Position numbers and translations under genes: made by a program | Shown here: piece by piece, positions 40,839 through 50,858 of the stretch | How positions within the stretch are numbered: the stretch's first letter is position 1 | How the letters are laid out: the number at the start of each line of letters is the position of its first letter | The notes under the pieces: generated by a model | What the model was told of the DNA's origin: nothing | Seen by the model: only the letters and a program-made list of their open reading frames with translations | The model's database searches: none | Assembly: GCA_040386535.1 (NCBI GenBank) | Contig: JAZKFH010000067.1 | Span: forward strand, 1 to 64,000 | Direction of reading: 5' to 3' | Source: Myxococcota bacterium | GTDB taxonomy: Bacteria > Myxococcota_A > UBA796 > SXON01 | Length of the DNA: 64,000 nucleotides

Positions 40839-43800
40839 GCGGGTCCATCGCCGGCTGGCTGACCGCGATCGGGGGCGATCGCATCGAGGCCTCGCCGCGC
40901 GAGCTCGCCGAGCTCCTCTGGTTGGGGGCGACCTTCGGGGAGGAGCTGCGACCGCGCACGCCGGTCGTCGCGCCGCTGCCGCCGGTCGCGGGGAGCGCGC
41001 CGCCGCCTCCGCTGGCGGATCCGCTGCCGGAGGGCGCGAAGGTGGAGGTGTCGCTCGGCCCGCCGGGCCCGGAGGTGCCCGCACCGGGCGAAGGCGGCAT
41101 GCAGACGGTCCAGGCCAGCCTCAAGCGGCCGGAGCGCCGCAAGGAGCGGCTGCTCCTCTCCCGCGCGTTCCATCGCCTCGGCTCCGTCGAGCTGGTGGGC
41201 CGCAACGAGCTCGACGTCGCGGCCACCGTGCGCCGCTCGGCCGAGACCGACGCGCTCCTCCTGCAGTACCGGCGGGGGCCCGCGCGCGCCACCGATCTCC
41301 TCCTGCTCGAGGACGCCGCGGGGCAGATGGAGGTTTGGCGCGAGCAGGTCCGCGCGCTGGCGACCGCGGCGCGGGCGTCCAACCGCTTCGGCCGGGTCGT
41401 CCACCAGCCGGTCGATCTCAGCGGGAGCGGCATCGCGGTCCCGGTGACGCTCCCGGGCCGCACGCCCGTGACCCGCATCGACATCGGCGAGCCCGGCAGG
41501 GCGCTGCTCGTGCTCGTGGTGACGGACGGCCTGGGCCGCGGCGTCCCCACCGGCGGCGTGCTCGAGCTGCTCGACACGCTCCACGTCGACGCGTCCGTGG
41601 CCTGGCTCCACCCGTGGGGCCCCGGGCGCTGGGAGGGCACCTGGGCGGGCCGCATGCCGTGGGCGCCCCCCGGCGTGTTCCGGCGCGGACGGCCGGACAC
41701 CGCCGTCGGCGTGCCGCTCGTGCCCCTCGCCTCCGCCGGGCTCGACGCCCTCGAGGGCTGGGCCCAGGGCCGCGCCGCGCGCGGGCTCTACGCAAAGGCC
41801 TGGCGCCGCAGCGGCCCCCCACCGGCGCGGGGCGCCGGGGCCGCCACCCCCGCGGCTCCCGCCACCCCCGCCGAGCGAGCCGCCGCCTTCGAGCGCGGGG
41901 CCGAGCCGGAGAGCTGCGCGCTGCTCGGCCTCGCGGCAGCCGTCCCCGGAAACATCGACGTCGACCTGCTCATCGCGCTGGGCGGCGCCTTCGCGGTGCC
42001 CTTCCAGCGGTTCCACCTCGCACAGGCGCTCACCTCGGGGCTCCTCGAGCGCGTCGGCACCGAGGAGCCGCTCCTCGTCCGGTTCCGCGGCGACGCCGCT
42101 CGGCGCGCCGCGCTGCGGTGGACGGCGCGGCAGGATCTCCCCGGCGTGATGCGCTTCCTGCTGGGGATGCTCGAGCGCGGCGAGGGGCGCGACCGTCTGG
42201 GGATCGACATCGATCTGTTGCTGCACGGGTTGGGAGAGGCAGACGCTCCCGAGGCGCTGGCGGGAGACGGAGCGGCGGCGTTGCGGGCGATCGTGGAGGT
42301 GGGAGAGTTGGGAGGGGTGCGGAGGGGGGTGGGGGGGATCGTTGGGAGAAATCCCTTCAACGTGTTCTCGCCTGCCGTGGGCCCCGCGGGGTTCGTCGGC
42401 AGGGAACGGCTGCTCGACGCGGTGTGTCAGTCGCTGCGGGATCCGGAGCGGGAGGGGGTGGTCCTCCATGGCCCGCGCCGCATGGGCGTGACCTCGCTGT
42501 TGCGCGTGCTCGAGACGCGGGTGGAGGGATGGGGCACGCACGTGGCGGTGTACATGAACATGTCAGGCGAATCGGATCCCGTGGGGTTCGTGCGTCTACT
42601 CGTCGGCAGCATCTCCCGCGCCTACGAACTCCCGCCGCCGCTGTTCGGGGACGGCGCGGTGCGGACCGTCCTGACGGAGTGGCTCCCGGGCGTCTTGGAA
42701 CGCAGCGGCAGGCCCCTCGTGGTGTTCCTCGACGAGATCGCCCGGGTCGCTTCCTGGGGGGAGTCGAGCGGCCTCCTCGAGGCGCTCCTCGTGTTGCGGG
42801 AGCGCGCGTGGTCCCGGCTCAAGCTGGTGTTGGCGCTCGACATGCCCCCGGCGGACCTTCACCTGGAGGCGGCGCAGCTGCTCAGGGGGTTCGAGACACA
42901 CCGCGTGGGGCTCCTCGATCGGGAGGACACGTTGGCGTTGATCCGGGCGTCACGTGCGTCGCTCGATTGGACGGAAGACGCGATCGAAGAGGTGTGGCGC
43001 CTCACCGGAGGGCATCCGTTCCTGACGCAATACCTCTGCCGGAAGAGCTGGGCGCTGGCGGACGAGGAGGGGCGAGGTGGGGTGACGACGCAGGACGTGC
43101 GCGGCGCGGCGCGGGTTGCCGTGCGAGGCCCGGACCTGTTGGATTGGTGGTTCAATGGGCTGTCGCCGGAATGCCAGTCGGTGGTCCGCGTGATGGCGGA
43201 GCACGGAGATGAGCCGCTCGCGACCGCCGTGATCGAGCGCAGGCTGCAGGGGAATCGGCTCTTCCGCTCCCCGGGTGGTCTCGCCGACGCCATCGCCCGC
43301 CTCGGGCACGAGGAGATTCTTGCCACAACCGGCTCGTCCGTGCAGTTCAAGATCGGGCTCTTCCGCGTGTGGGCCCGAGAGCGGGCTGCGCCCGGCCCGC
43401 CCCCCCGCGCGGTCGAGCCGCCCCAACGGTGGGTTCTCGTCGCGGGCACGGCGGAGCCCGATCTGCCGCCCGCGGTCAACGCGGCGGCGGAGGCGCTCGG
43501 GCGCGCGCTAGCGTCGGCGGGCTGGGGCGTCGTCACCAACGGGTGGCACGGCGTCGATCACGTAGTCGCGCGGACCTACCTGGAGCACGGCGGCGCTCCC
43601 GGCGGGCTGCGCCAGATCGTCGAGCCGCCGCGCGCTGCGGACTTCCGGGGCGCCGCGAGCGAGCGGGGTGATCAAGAGCTCTCTTCGGAGTGGTCAGCGC
43701 TCGGGCTCGTCGACGCCGTCGTCGTGATCGGGGGGCGGACGTGGACGCGCCAGCTGGTCGACTCCGCACAGGGACTTGGCGTTCCGGTGGTCCCCTTCGT

Positions 43801-45421
43801 CGGCTCAGGCGGGGTGGCTACGGAGCTGAGCCCGCGCCGGATGGCGCTGGCGGAGGCTCCGGCCGAGGCGGTGTTGCGTGAGCTGCAGGCGGTGCCCCGG
43901 CGGATCATCCGCGAGGACGCCCTGCTGCGCCCGGCGACCGAGTACCTCGCGCCCCAGTCGCTCCGCGCGGCGGACGCGCGAGCGGCCACTCTCCGCGCCC
44001 GGCTCGAGCTGCCGGATCCCCGCGATCGCTTCGACGTCCACGCTGCGCTCGCGAGCCCTCGTTCGCCCGAGCGCGTCGTCGCCTACATCGCGCTCGGATC
44101 CTGGCCCCGCGGCGCCGACTGCCGGGCCCTGGCCGAGGCCCTCGCGCGCGAGCCAGACCGGGCGCTCGCCGCGGGCGGCGAGACGCGCCCCCTCTGGCAG
44201 GGCCTCGTCGCCCTGGGCTCCCACTTCCACGTCACCGCCATCCCCGACGATGACCGAGGCCACGCCCTCGGGGTGCTGCAGCGGCTCGGCGATCGCCTCC
44301 GCGAGGAGCGCACCCTCGATCCGGGCGGGGAGGCAAAGCGGCAAATCGCAGAGTTGCTCGATGAGTGGGCCCCTCAGCCCGTCCGCGGTGTCGAGGAGAG
44401 CCTCCGACGGGAGGCGGACGAGTACGAGCGGATTCGGCGCGACGCGAAGGGCGCCGCTCGCGTGCGCCTCATGAACGAGCTCCGCGCGCGCGTGGCCGGA
44501 ATCGCGCGTGACGCCCAGCTGCCGGCGTCCTTCCTGCACGAGCTGTTCCGCGCGGGCACACCGGGACGTCGCCTCGTCGCCTTGGCCGCGTGCGAGGGGC
44601 GGCCGGGGGTCGCGCCGCCTGAGGTCGTGGCCGCGGGGATCGCGACCCCACTCAAGCGCTTCGAACAGTGGGCCGCTGTAAACGCTGCCGCCGCCCTCGA
44701 GGCGGAGCGCCATCCCTTCGAAATCGACGCAATCGTGGGCGCGGTGGTGGACCAGCTGCGCGACCCCGACAGTCTGCTCAACGACTCGAAGGACGCCAGT
44801 CGGCGCAACGTGGCGCTGCCGCTGCTGCGCGCGTACCAAGACAAGATCGGTCTCCCCGGTCCACTGGACCTCGCGGCGCTGATGGAGTGGCTCGCCGCAG
44901 GGCGCCACCAGGCCACGAAGCCCGCGGTCGTGTTCGGCAGCGGCGCGGCGCACGCCACGCTTTGCCGCGCCCTGGGCGTGCGGCTAGCCGAGCGAGGATG
45001 GCGGCTCTTCTGCGGCGACGGCCGGGGCGTGGGGCGCGAGGTGCTCGCCGGCTTCCGGAGCGTGAAGGCCGCCGAGGGTCGCTCCCGCCGTCTCACCGCC
45101 CACGAGTTCGACCTCCTGGCAGGCGCGGGACACCCGGGGCAGTCCGTCGCCGACTTCGCCGGTTATGTGATTGTCATCGGTGGGCGGATGGGGACGGCTG
45201 CGGAGTGCGAGGCAGCCCTCGCAGCCGACCTGCCTGTCCTGGCCCTACCGTTCACCGGGGGCACCGCCCAGGCGTTAGCCGGTGCGGCCAACGCGGCGCT
45301 GCACGCGCGCGGCGTAAGCCCAAGGCTACTCGGTCTCCTCGGCAGCGAGCCGAAACACGGCGCGTACGAGGTCGAGCGCCTGCTGAGCCTGGTGGCCATG
45401 CGGGCCGAGCGGCAGGGGTGA
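40835..45421 (+). CDS. vWA-like (SAV_2336-type N-terminus) - STAND ATPase-like - SLOG - helical - SLOG protein
   Basis: ELAELLWL, ELDVAATV, LVVTDG, WLHPW; NPF..FVGRE..GPRRMGVTS..FLDEI..TGGHPFLTQ; two SLOG-like units (LGRALA..G..GVD..VVVIGG..P..GG.A; LAERGWRL..GVG..IVIGGRMGT..E..PFTGGTA); ATGA overlap with MoxR stop. Confidence 0.8.
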   Translation: MSGSIAGWLTAIGGDRIEASPRELAELLWLGATFGEELRPRTPVVAPLPPVAGSAPPPPLADPLPEGAKVEVSLGPPGPEVPAPGEGGMQTVQASLKRPERRKERLLLSRAFHRLGSVELVGRNELDVAATVRRSAETDALLLQYRRGPARATDLLLLEDAAGQMEVWREQVRALATAARASNRFGRVVHQPVDLSGSGIAVPVTLPGRTPVTRIDIGEPGRALLVLVVTDGLGRGVPTGGVLELLDTLHVDASVAWLHPWGPGRWEGTWAGRMPWAPPGVFRRGRPDTAVGVPLVPLASAGLDALEGWAQGRAARGLYAKAWRRSGPPPARGAGAATPAAPATPAERAAAFERGAEPESCALLGLAAAVPGNIDVDLLIALGGAFAVPFQRFHLAQALTSGLLERVGTEEPLLVRFRGDAARRAALRWTARQDLPGVMRFLLGMLERGEGRDRLGIDIDLLLHGLGEADAPEALAGDGAAALRAIVEVGELGGVRRGVGGIVGRNPFNVFSPAVGPAGFVGRERLLDAVCQSLRDPEREGVVLHGPRRMGVTSLLRVLETRVEGWGTHVAVYMNMSGESDPVGFVRLLVGSISRAYELPPPLFGDGAVRTVLTEWLPGVLERSGRPLVVFLDEIARVASWGESSGLLEALLVLRERAWSRLKLVLALDMPPADLHLEAAQLLRGFETHRVGLLDREDTLALIRASRASLDWTEDAIEEVWRLTGGHPFLTQYLCRKSWALADEEGRGGVTTQDVRGAARVAVRGPDLLDWWFNGLSPECQSVVRVMAEHGDEPLATAVIERRLQGNRLFRSPGGLADAIARLGHEEILATTGSSVQFKIGLFRVWARERAAPGPPPRAVEPPQRWVLVAGTAEPDLPPAVNAAAEALGRALASAGWGVVTNGWHGVDHVVARTYLEHGGAPGGLRQIVEPPRAADFRGAASERGDQELSSEWSALGLVDAVVVIGGRTWTRQLVDSAQGLGVPVVPFVGSGGVATELSPRRMALAEAPAEAVLRELQAVPRRIIREDALLRPATEYLAPQSLRAADARAATLRARLELPDPRDRFDVHAALASPRSPERVVAYIALGSWPRGADCRALAEALAREPDRALAAGGETRPLWQGLVALGSHFHVTAIPDDDRGHALGVLQRLGDRLREERTLDPGGEAKRQIAELLDEWAPQPVRGVEESLRREADEYERIRRDAKGAARVRLMNELRARVAGIARDAQLPASFLHELFRAGTPGRRLVALAACEGRPGVAPPEVVAAGIATPLKRFEQWAAVNAAAALEAERHPFEIDAIVGAVVDQLRDPDSLLNDSKDASRRNVALPLLRAYQDKIGLPGPLDLAALMEWLAAGRHQATKPAVVFGSGAAHATLCRALGVRLAERGWRLFCGDGRGVGREVLAGFRSVKAAEGRSRRLTAHEFDLLAGAGHPGQSVADFAGYVIVIGGRMGTAAECEAALAADLPVLALPFTGGTAQALAGAANAALHARGVSPRLLGLLGSEPKHGAYEVERLLSLVAMRAERQG

Positions 45422-45684
45422 TCCGACGCGGGTTCACCGGGCAAGCAGGAGCGGGGCTGGATTGGCGTGCGGCCGGCTCCGCCACTACGGCGCTTGTTGC
45501 CGCAGCGCATGGCGAATCCGAGGCGGGTCGTGAGGACGTGCGGCTCCTTCATCGTGCCGAGGGTGATAGAGAGTCGGCGAATCAAGATGAAAAAAACTGG
45601 CGGAGGGCTCCGGCTCCCGACCCCCGCGCCGCCCCTGTCGGGCACCCGTGACGCCGCACCGGCCTCTCGCCTCGGGCGCTCCCT

Positions 45685-46683
45685 CTACAGCTCGCCCCGC
45701 TGCGCGAGCCACGGCCGCCCGAGGAAGAACTGAAACGGCAGGTGGGCCCGGATCGACCAGGGATGCTCGTCGTGGCTGGCCTCGGGGAAGCTGAAGTGCA
45801 ACAGCTCGGCGCCGAGCCGAAAGCCCCTGCGCATGAGAAGGTCCCGCATGGCGTTGGTCGTCTCGTAGTTGTCGCGCGCCCCGCCGCTGTCGAGGTAGAT
45901 GAGGATGTCCGGCCGCGGCTCGGCGGCGATGCGCTCGAAGAGGTCGTCGCGGTACCCGAAGGTGCTGGAGAGGCATGCGGCGCGGCCGAACAGGTCGGGC
46001 CGGCTCCATGCGAGGTGCAGTGAAGCCACGCCTCCGAGCGAGGAACCCATCACGACGGTGTCCCTGGGGCCGGGGCGGGTGCGCAGGCGGGCGTCCACCA
46101 GCGGCTTGAGCCGGTCTGCCATGAAGCGTGCGTAGGCATCATACCCGGGCATCGTGTACTCACGCATCCGGTCGGCCGGGGCCACCCCGACCACGAGTGC
46201 TTTGCGGAGAAGGGCCAGATCATCGAGGCAGTCCAGGGTCTCGTCGACCCGCCACTCCTCCCCCTGGAAGACCTCCTGAGGGAAGAAAAGGTTCTGACCG
46301 TCGTGCATGTAGATGACGGGGTAGCGGCGAAGCGTGTTCTCGTCGTAGCCGGGGGGATGGTAGACGCGGATCGCGTGCACACCGGACTCGGCTTGCAGAT
46401 GGATCACGTCCGACAGGCGGCCGCGCGCCTCGGCGTAGAAGAACGGGAAGAGCAGCGGCTCGGGCTCGGTCGCCCTGATGACGTAGTTGGCGCCGCGCGC
46501 CCAGCGGATCGCGTCCCCCTCCCTGATGCAAGGCCTGAGCGCGAGGGTTGGGCTGTCCATCTCGATCGTGAAGCGGGCGCCGGTGGCCGACACCTCGGAC
46601 GGTAGGATGTCCCGTTCCCAGTCGGCCTCCGTACGCAGTACCAACTGACCAGCGGCGAGGGGGTAGGTGACGGAGATGTGCAT
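45685..46683 (-). CDS. Putative esterase (alpha/beta hydrolase, IroE/Fes-like)
   Basis: YHPPGY..RYPVIYMHDGQNLF, GSSLGG, YLDSG, HDEHPW. Confidence 0.9.
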   Translation of the reverse strand: MHISVTYPLAAGQLVLRTEADWERDILPSEVSATGARFTIEMDSPTLALRPCIREGDAIRWARGANYVIRATEPEPLLFPFFYAEARGRLSDVIHLQAESGVHAIRVYHPPGYDENTLRRYPVIYMHDGQNLFFPQEVFQGEEWRVDETLDCLDDLALLRKALVVGVAPADRMREYTMPGYDAYARFMADRLKPLVDARLRTRPGPRDTVVMGSSLGGVASLHLAWSRPDLFGRAACLSSTFGYRDDLFERIAAEPRPDILIYLDSGGARDNYETTNAMRDLLMRRGFRLGAELLHFSFPEASHDEHPWSIRAHLPFQFFLGRPWLAQRGEL

Positions 46684-47010
46684 CCCGGCTGGATAACCGG
46701 CTCACCGACGCCTCGACGGGTGAGCCCGCGGCTACAGGAAGCCCTCGCTGCGGATCTGGTCGCTGTAGGCGGCAGCTGCCGTCACGGCGCCGGTTGCGTC
46801 GGACAACTCCGCGGGTGACAGTCAGCCAACGGCCACCCCCGACCGCCGGGTGCGACTCGGGGACGGCCTGTCGCCCGCGACTCTATGAGGACCACCAGAA
46901 CGCCCCGCCCGCCACCAACTAAGGACCACCGCCCGGCCTCGATCTAGGGACCACCAGCGGCCTCCTCATCGCCGGCGTGCGTCGACGCAGCCCTCGAGCT
47001 GGGGTTCGTC

Positions 47011-48579
47011 ATGGCGTTCCGGGAGCTGTCGGTGATCGTGATTCGGGAGATCCTTCGAAGGTGGCAGGCCCGGGAGGGTCTGCGTACGGTCGCGGCCGCC
47101 ACGGGCACGGATCGCAAGACCGTTCGGCGCTACGTCGACGCCGCGATCGCACGCGGTCTCCAGCGGGAGGGCGGCCGGGCGCTCGACGACGAGTTGGTCG
47201 GCCAGATCGTCGCCGATGTACTCCCTGGCGCGCCTCCCCGGGTCGGCGAGATGCGAGCGCTGTGCCGGGAGCACCGCGACCGCATCTCGACCTGGGTGGA
47301 CGAGGGCTGCCTGGCGCCGAAGATCGCGCGGCTGCTGCAGAGCCACGTAGGCGTCGTGGTGCCGGCGCGCACGCTCAGCCGCTTCATCGCTGAGGAGCTG
47401 CCCCAGCGCCGTCCGAAGGGCACCGTGCGCCTGGTCGAGCCACCGGCCGGGGAGGTGCTGGAGATCGACTTCATGGAGGTTGGCACGGTCGACATCGGCG
47501 GCGAGCCGACGAAGCTGAACGCGCTCGTGTGCGTCGCCGCATTCAGCCGGCATGCGTTCGTGTGGCCCTGCCTCGGCATGACCCTCGACGATGTCATCGC
47601 GGGACTGGAGGGGGCCTGGGCGTTCTTCGGGGGCGTCTTCCGCGTCGTGATCGCCGACAACCCGAAGCCGATCGTCACCCGGGCCGACCCGTTGAAGCCG
47701 GCGCTGAACGAGGGGTTCGCGGAGTACGCGCAGTCGAGGGGCTTCCTCGTCGACCTCGCGCGGGTCCGGCGACCGCAGGACAAGCCGAAGGTCGAGCGCA
47801 CCGTGGCGTACACGCGGTCCAGCGCGTTCGCGGGCGAGCGCTTCGTCGACCTCGCCCGCGCCCGACGCCACGCCGAGGGGTGGTGCCGCGACGTGGCCGG
47901 GCAGCGCATCCACGGGAAGACACGGAGGAAGCCGTTCGAGGCCTTCGAGGACGAGCGGCCGAAGCTGCTGCCGGCGCCCGAGGCGCCCTACGACCCGCCC
48001 ACGTGGGTCGAGCTGAAGATCGGCCGCGACCACGCGGTGACCGTCGCGAGCGCACTCTACTCGGTGCCGCATGGCTACCGCGACCGGACACTGCGGATCC
48101 GCTTCGATCGGAGCACCGTCAAGTTCTACGACCGCGGTGCCGTCGTGAAGGTCCACCCCCGCGCGGCGGTAGGCGCGAGCGTCATCGACCCCGCCGACCT
48201 TCCCGAGGGCCTCGGCGAGCTCGCCACGCGTGACGCCGAGAGCCTGAACGCGCGGGCCGCGAAGCATGGCGTGGCCGTCGGCGACTACGCGCGGCGTGTC
48301 CTCGAAGGGCCGCTCCCCTGGACGCGGGCGCGGCACGTCCACCGGCTGCTCGGGCTGTGTCGGACCCATGGCAACGCGGCCGTGGAGGAGGCGTGCAAGC
48401 GCGCGCTGGATCTCGACGTGGTCGATGTCACGCGGGTCCAGCGTCTCCTGGAGCGCTCGATTCCTTCATCGCCGCCGCCTCCGCCGCCGCGGGCCGCCAC
48501 CGCTCCCACCTCGAGCCGCTTCAGCCGCGACCCGAGCGAATTCCGCCTCACCCCGAGAGACACCCCTGATGCGACCTGA
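47011..48579 (+). CDS. istA: IS21 transposase IstA
   Basis: HTH DRKTVRRYV; DDE motifs EIDF, ADNPK, PQDKPKVER; YSVP. Confidence 0.95.
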   Translation: MAFRELSVIVIREILRRWQAREGLRTVAAATGTDRKTVRRYVDAAIARGLQREGGRALDDELVGQIVADVLPGAPPRVGEMRALCREHRDRISTWVDEGCLAPKIARLLQSHVGVVVPARTLSRFIAEELPQRRPKGTVRLVEPPAGEVLEIDFMEVGTVDIGGEPTKLNALVCVAAFSRHAFVWPCLGMTLDDVIAGLEGAWAFFGGVFRVVIADNPKPIVTRADPLKPALNEGFAEYAQSRGFLVDLARVRRPQDKPKVERTVAYTRSSAFAGERFVDLARARRHAEGWCRDVAGQRIHGKTRRKPFEAFEDERPKLLPAPEAPYDPPTWVELKIGRDHAVTVASALYSVPHGYRDRTLRIRFDRSTVKFYDRGAVVKVHPRAAVGASVIDPADLPEGLGELATRDAESLNARAAKHGVAVGDYARRVLEGPLPWTRARHVHRLLGLCRTHGNAAVEEACKRALDLDVVDVTRVQRLLERSIPSSPPPPPPRAATAPTSSRFSRDPSEFRLTPRDTPDAT

Positions 48580-49327
48580 CCTCTCCCCCGAGCTGAAGCG
48601 CGCGATGAAGGACCTGCGCCTCGGCCAGCTCCTCCCAACGCTGCCCGAGCGCCTGCGCATCGCGCGCGAGCGGAAGCTCGACCCCGAGGACCTGCTCCTG
48701 ACCTTGCTCACGGACGAGACCCAGCGCCGCGCGCAGCAGCGTCATCGCGTGCGCGCCAAGGACGGCGGGCTGCAGCCCGACCTCGTGTTCGAGCGTTGGG
48801 ACCCCGCCGCGAAGATCACGTTCGACCGCCGCGTGATGGACGACCTGCGGCTGCTTCGCTTCGTCGACGAGCACCACCACGCGCTGATCATCGGCCCCGT
48901 CGGCGTGGGCAAGACCATGATCGCCCACGCGCTCGGCCACCTCGCGATCGCGCGGGACCTGTCCGTCCACTGCGAGACCGCCGAGAAGCTGCTCCACCGC
49001 CTGCGCGCCTGCCGCCTCGACGGCACGCACGAGCGTGAGCTCCGGCGCCTCACGCAGGTCGATGTGCTGATCGTCGACGACCTCGCTCTGAGGCCGATGG
49101 ACGCGCACGAGACGTCGGACCTCCACGCGATCGTTTGCGGCCGGCACAAGACGGCCTCGATGGTCGTGACCTCGAACCGCGACCCCTCCGAGTGGTTGGC
49201 GCTCCTCGCCGACCCGCTGCAGGCGCAGGCGCTGGTCGACCGTTTCGTGAACAGCGCCTACGACCTCGTGATCGAAGGCGAGTCGTACCGCCGTCGGCAG
49301 AAGCCCAAGGTCGGCGGCGAAGCCTGA
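48569..49327 (+). CDS. istB: IS21 helper ATPase IstB
   Basis: GPVGVGKT, LIVDD, VTSNR..EW, DRF, GESYRR. Confidence 0.95.
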   Translation: MRPDLSPELKRAMKDLRLGQLLPTLPERLRIARERKLDPEDLLLTLLTDETQRRAQQRHRVRAKDGGLQPDLVFERWDPAAKITFDRRVMDDLRLLRFVDEHHHALIIGPVGVGKTMIAHALGHLAIARDLSVHCETAEKLLHRLRACRLDGTHERELRRLTQVDVLIVDDLALRPMDAHETSDLHAIVCGRHKTASMVVTSNRDPSEWLALLADPLQAQALVDRFVNSAYDLVIEGESYRRRQKPKVGGEA

Positions 49328-49519
49328 GCTAAGCCAAGAGATCGGCGGATCCGAGAGAGGTTCGTTGCATCCGGTCTGCTTCCCTGCGGTCGCGGCCCTG
49401 GGGCGGTCCCTAGTTCATGGCCGGGTGGTCCCTGGTTCATGGCGCGCGGCCACCTTGGGGGAAGGAGGTGGTCCCTAGTTCGTGGCCTGAGGGTGGTCCC
49501 TTGGGAGTGGCCCTTGACA

Positions 49520-50548
49520 GACGGCCCTGTATGCGAACGCGGAAGGGGGGCCTTCGTCCCAACATTGACGCTCCCGGGCGTGACCGGCCTGTCCCGGTCG
49601 CCCGGCTGCGGGGAGACCGTCGCCTGGACGGCGGACGGACGAGGGTTCGTATGGTCAGACCCGAGCTTCGCTCGGACAAAGCGCGCCACCGAGCTCCAAC
49701 GCCTCCCACCCGACGTGCGGCAGCTCACCTTCACCGCGGACGGCAGCCACCTCGTCGCGCAGGGAGGGGGCGGGGTCTGGCTCCTCGACCCCGCGCCGGA
49801 CCTCTCCGAGTGGCGCCTCACGGGAAACCCGAACGTCGCCGCCAGCGCCGACGGGGCTCGGCGACTGTGGACGAACGACGAGGGCGAGCTTTGGTGGCAG
49901 GCCGACCTCGATTCGGCACACCGGGTCGAGGTCGCAGGGAGCTGGGACGGCGTCGACGTCTCCGCGGATGGCACGCGGGGGTTGGCGTTGGAGATGGGAG
50001 GGCGGGCGCTCCTGCTCCGATGGGAGGGCGAGGAGGGCCCGGTCGTCACGGAGGTCGACGCGGAGCCGCTCGGCAGCTGGTCCTCGTCAGGCCGAACTGC
50101 CGACATTGAGTTCGGTGACCACGGATGGGGCCCGCCGCTCCTCCGCCATCGGCAGCGCAGCGGCGAGGCCCCGTTCACCCTCGGACCCGGCGATACGGAG
50201 TTCCTACCGACCCTCGACGCGTGGCCCGAGATCGGCGCCGAGGCGGCGCGGACCGAGGTGCGCGCCCGTGTGGACCTCTCCGAGGAAGGAGCGCTCGTGG
50301 TGGCCAAACACACCGGCGACGTCCTCTTCCGGGTCCCGGTCGGGTTGCGCGTCTCGAGCCCCGTCCGACTCTCCGGCAAGAAGATGCTGGTCCGCTTCGG
50401 AGACGACGAGGTGCGCGTCTACCCCACCGATGTGTCCCCGTACCTCACGCGTGCGTGCGCGATGCTAATCGATCTCGAGTCGCCCGTCGTGCCAGAGGCA
50501 TGCACGGCTAGGGCCGATGCCAGCGCCACGGCTGGCCCCGGAAGGTAG
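49520..50548 (+). pseudogene. Orphan C-terminal beta-propeller (WD40-like) fragment
   Basis: Open frame with FTADGSHLV, SADGARRL, VSADGTRGL repeats; only ~30 open codons in this frame left of the IS21 and no convincing start. Confidence 0.45.
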
Positions 50549-50858
50549 TTGCGCCCTGGTGAGCGGGTAGGACGTAAGGCGTGAGCAAGCCCGACGTGGC
50601 AGAAGCCCCTTCCCCGGCTGAGGTTCTATCGCGCGACGGTGACGGAACAGGCGGAGACGCGATTGCCGACCCGGCCAAAGCGACTCCGGCCCTCGAAGGG
50701 CACGGAGGCCCCGACTGGGACCGTCTTGGTGGTCAGCGCTACGGTCGAGCTCGACCAGGATGCGGTCCTGCGCCGACTCCTGTGGCCTGGGAAACGTTCA
50801 CAATCCACCTCGGCTCGGAGCCTGCGGTGTTGGCAGCGTGACCTCGCCTCCCCGAACC

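Larger units (their letters stand above)
46869..49519 (+). mobile_element. Complete IS21-family element
   Basis: TGTC...GACA ends; GGACCACC repeats at 46889/46923/46948 and GGTGGTCC at 49424/49467/49492; 7-bp direct repeat GACGGCC at 46862-46868 and 49520-49526. Confidence 0.93.

Noticed and set aside
38067..42541. Long minus-strand ORFs 38067-40262 and 40391-42541
   Set aside because: Antisense shadows of motif-bearing plus-strand genes, typical of high-GC DNA
46880..49500. Short repeats (GGACCACC / GGTGGTCCCTAGTTC) as a CRISPR array
   Set aside because: Irregular spacing, inverted between the two ends, flank istAB: IS21 terminal repeats; no cas genes
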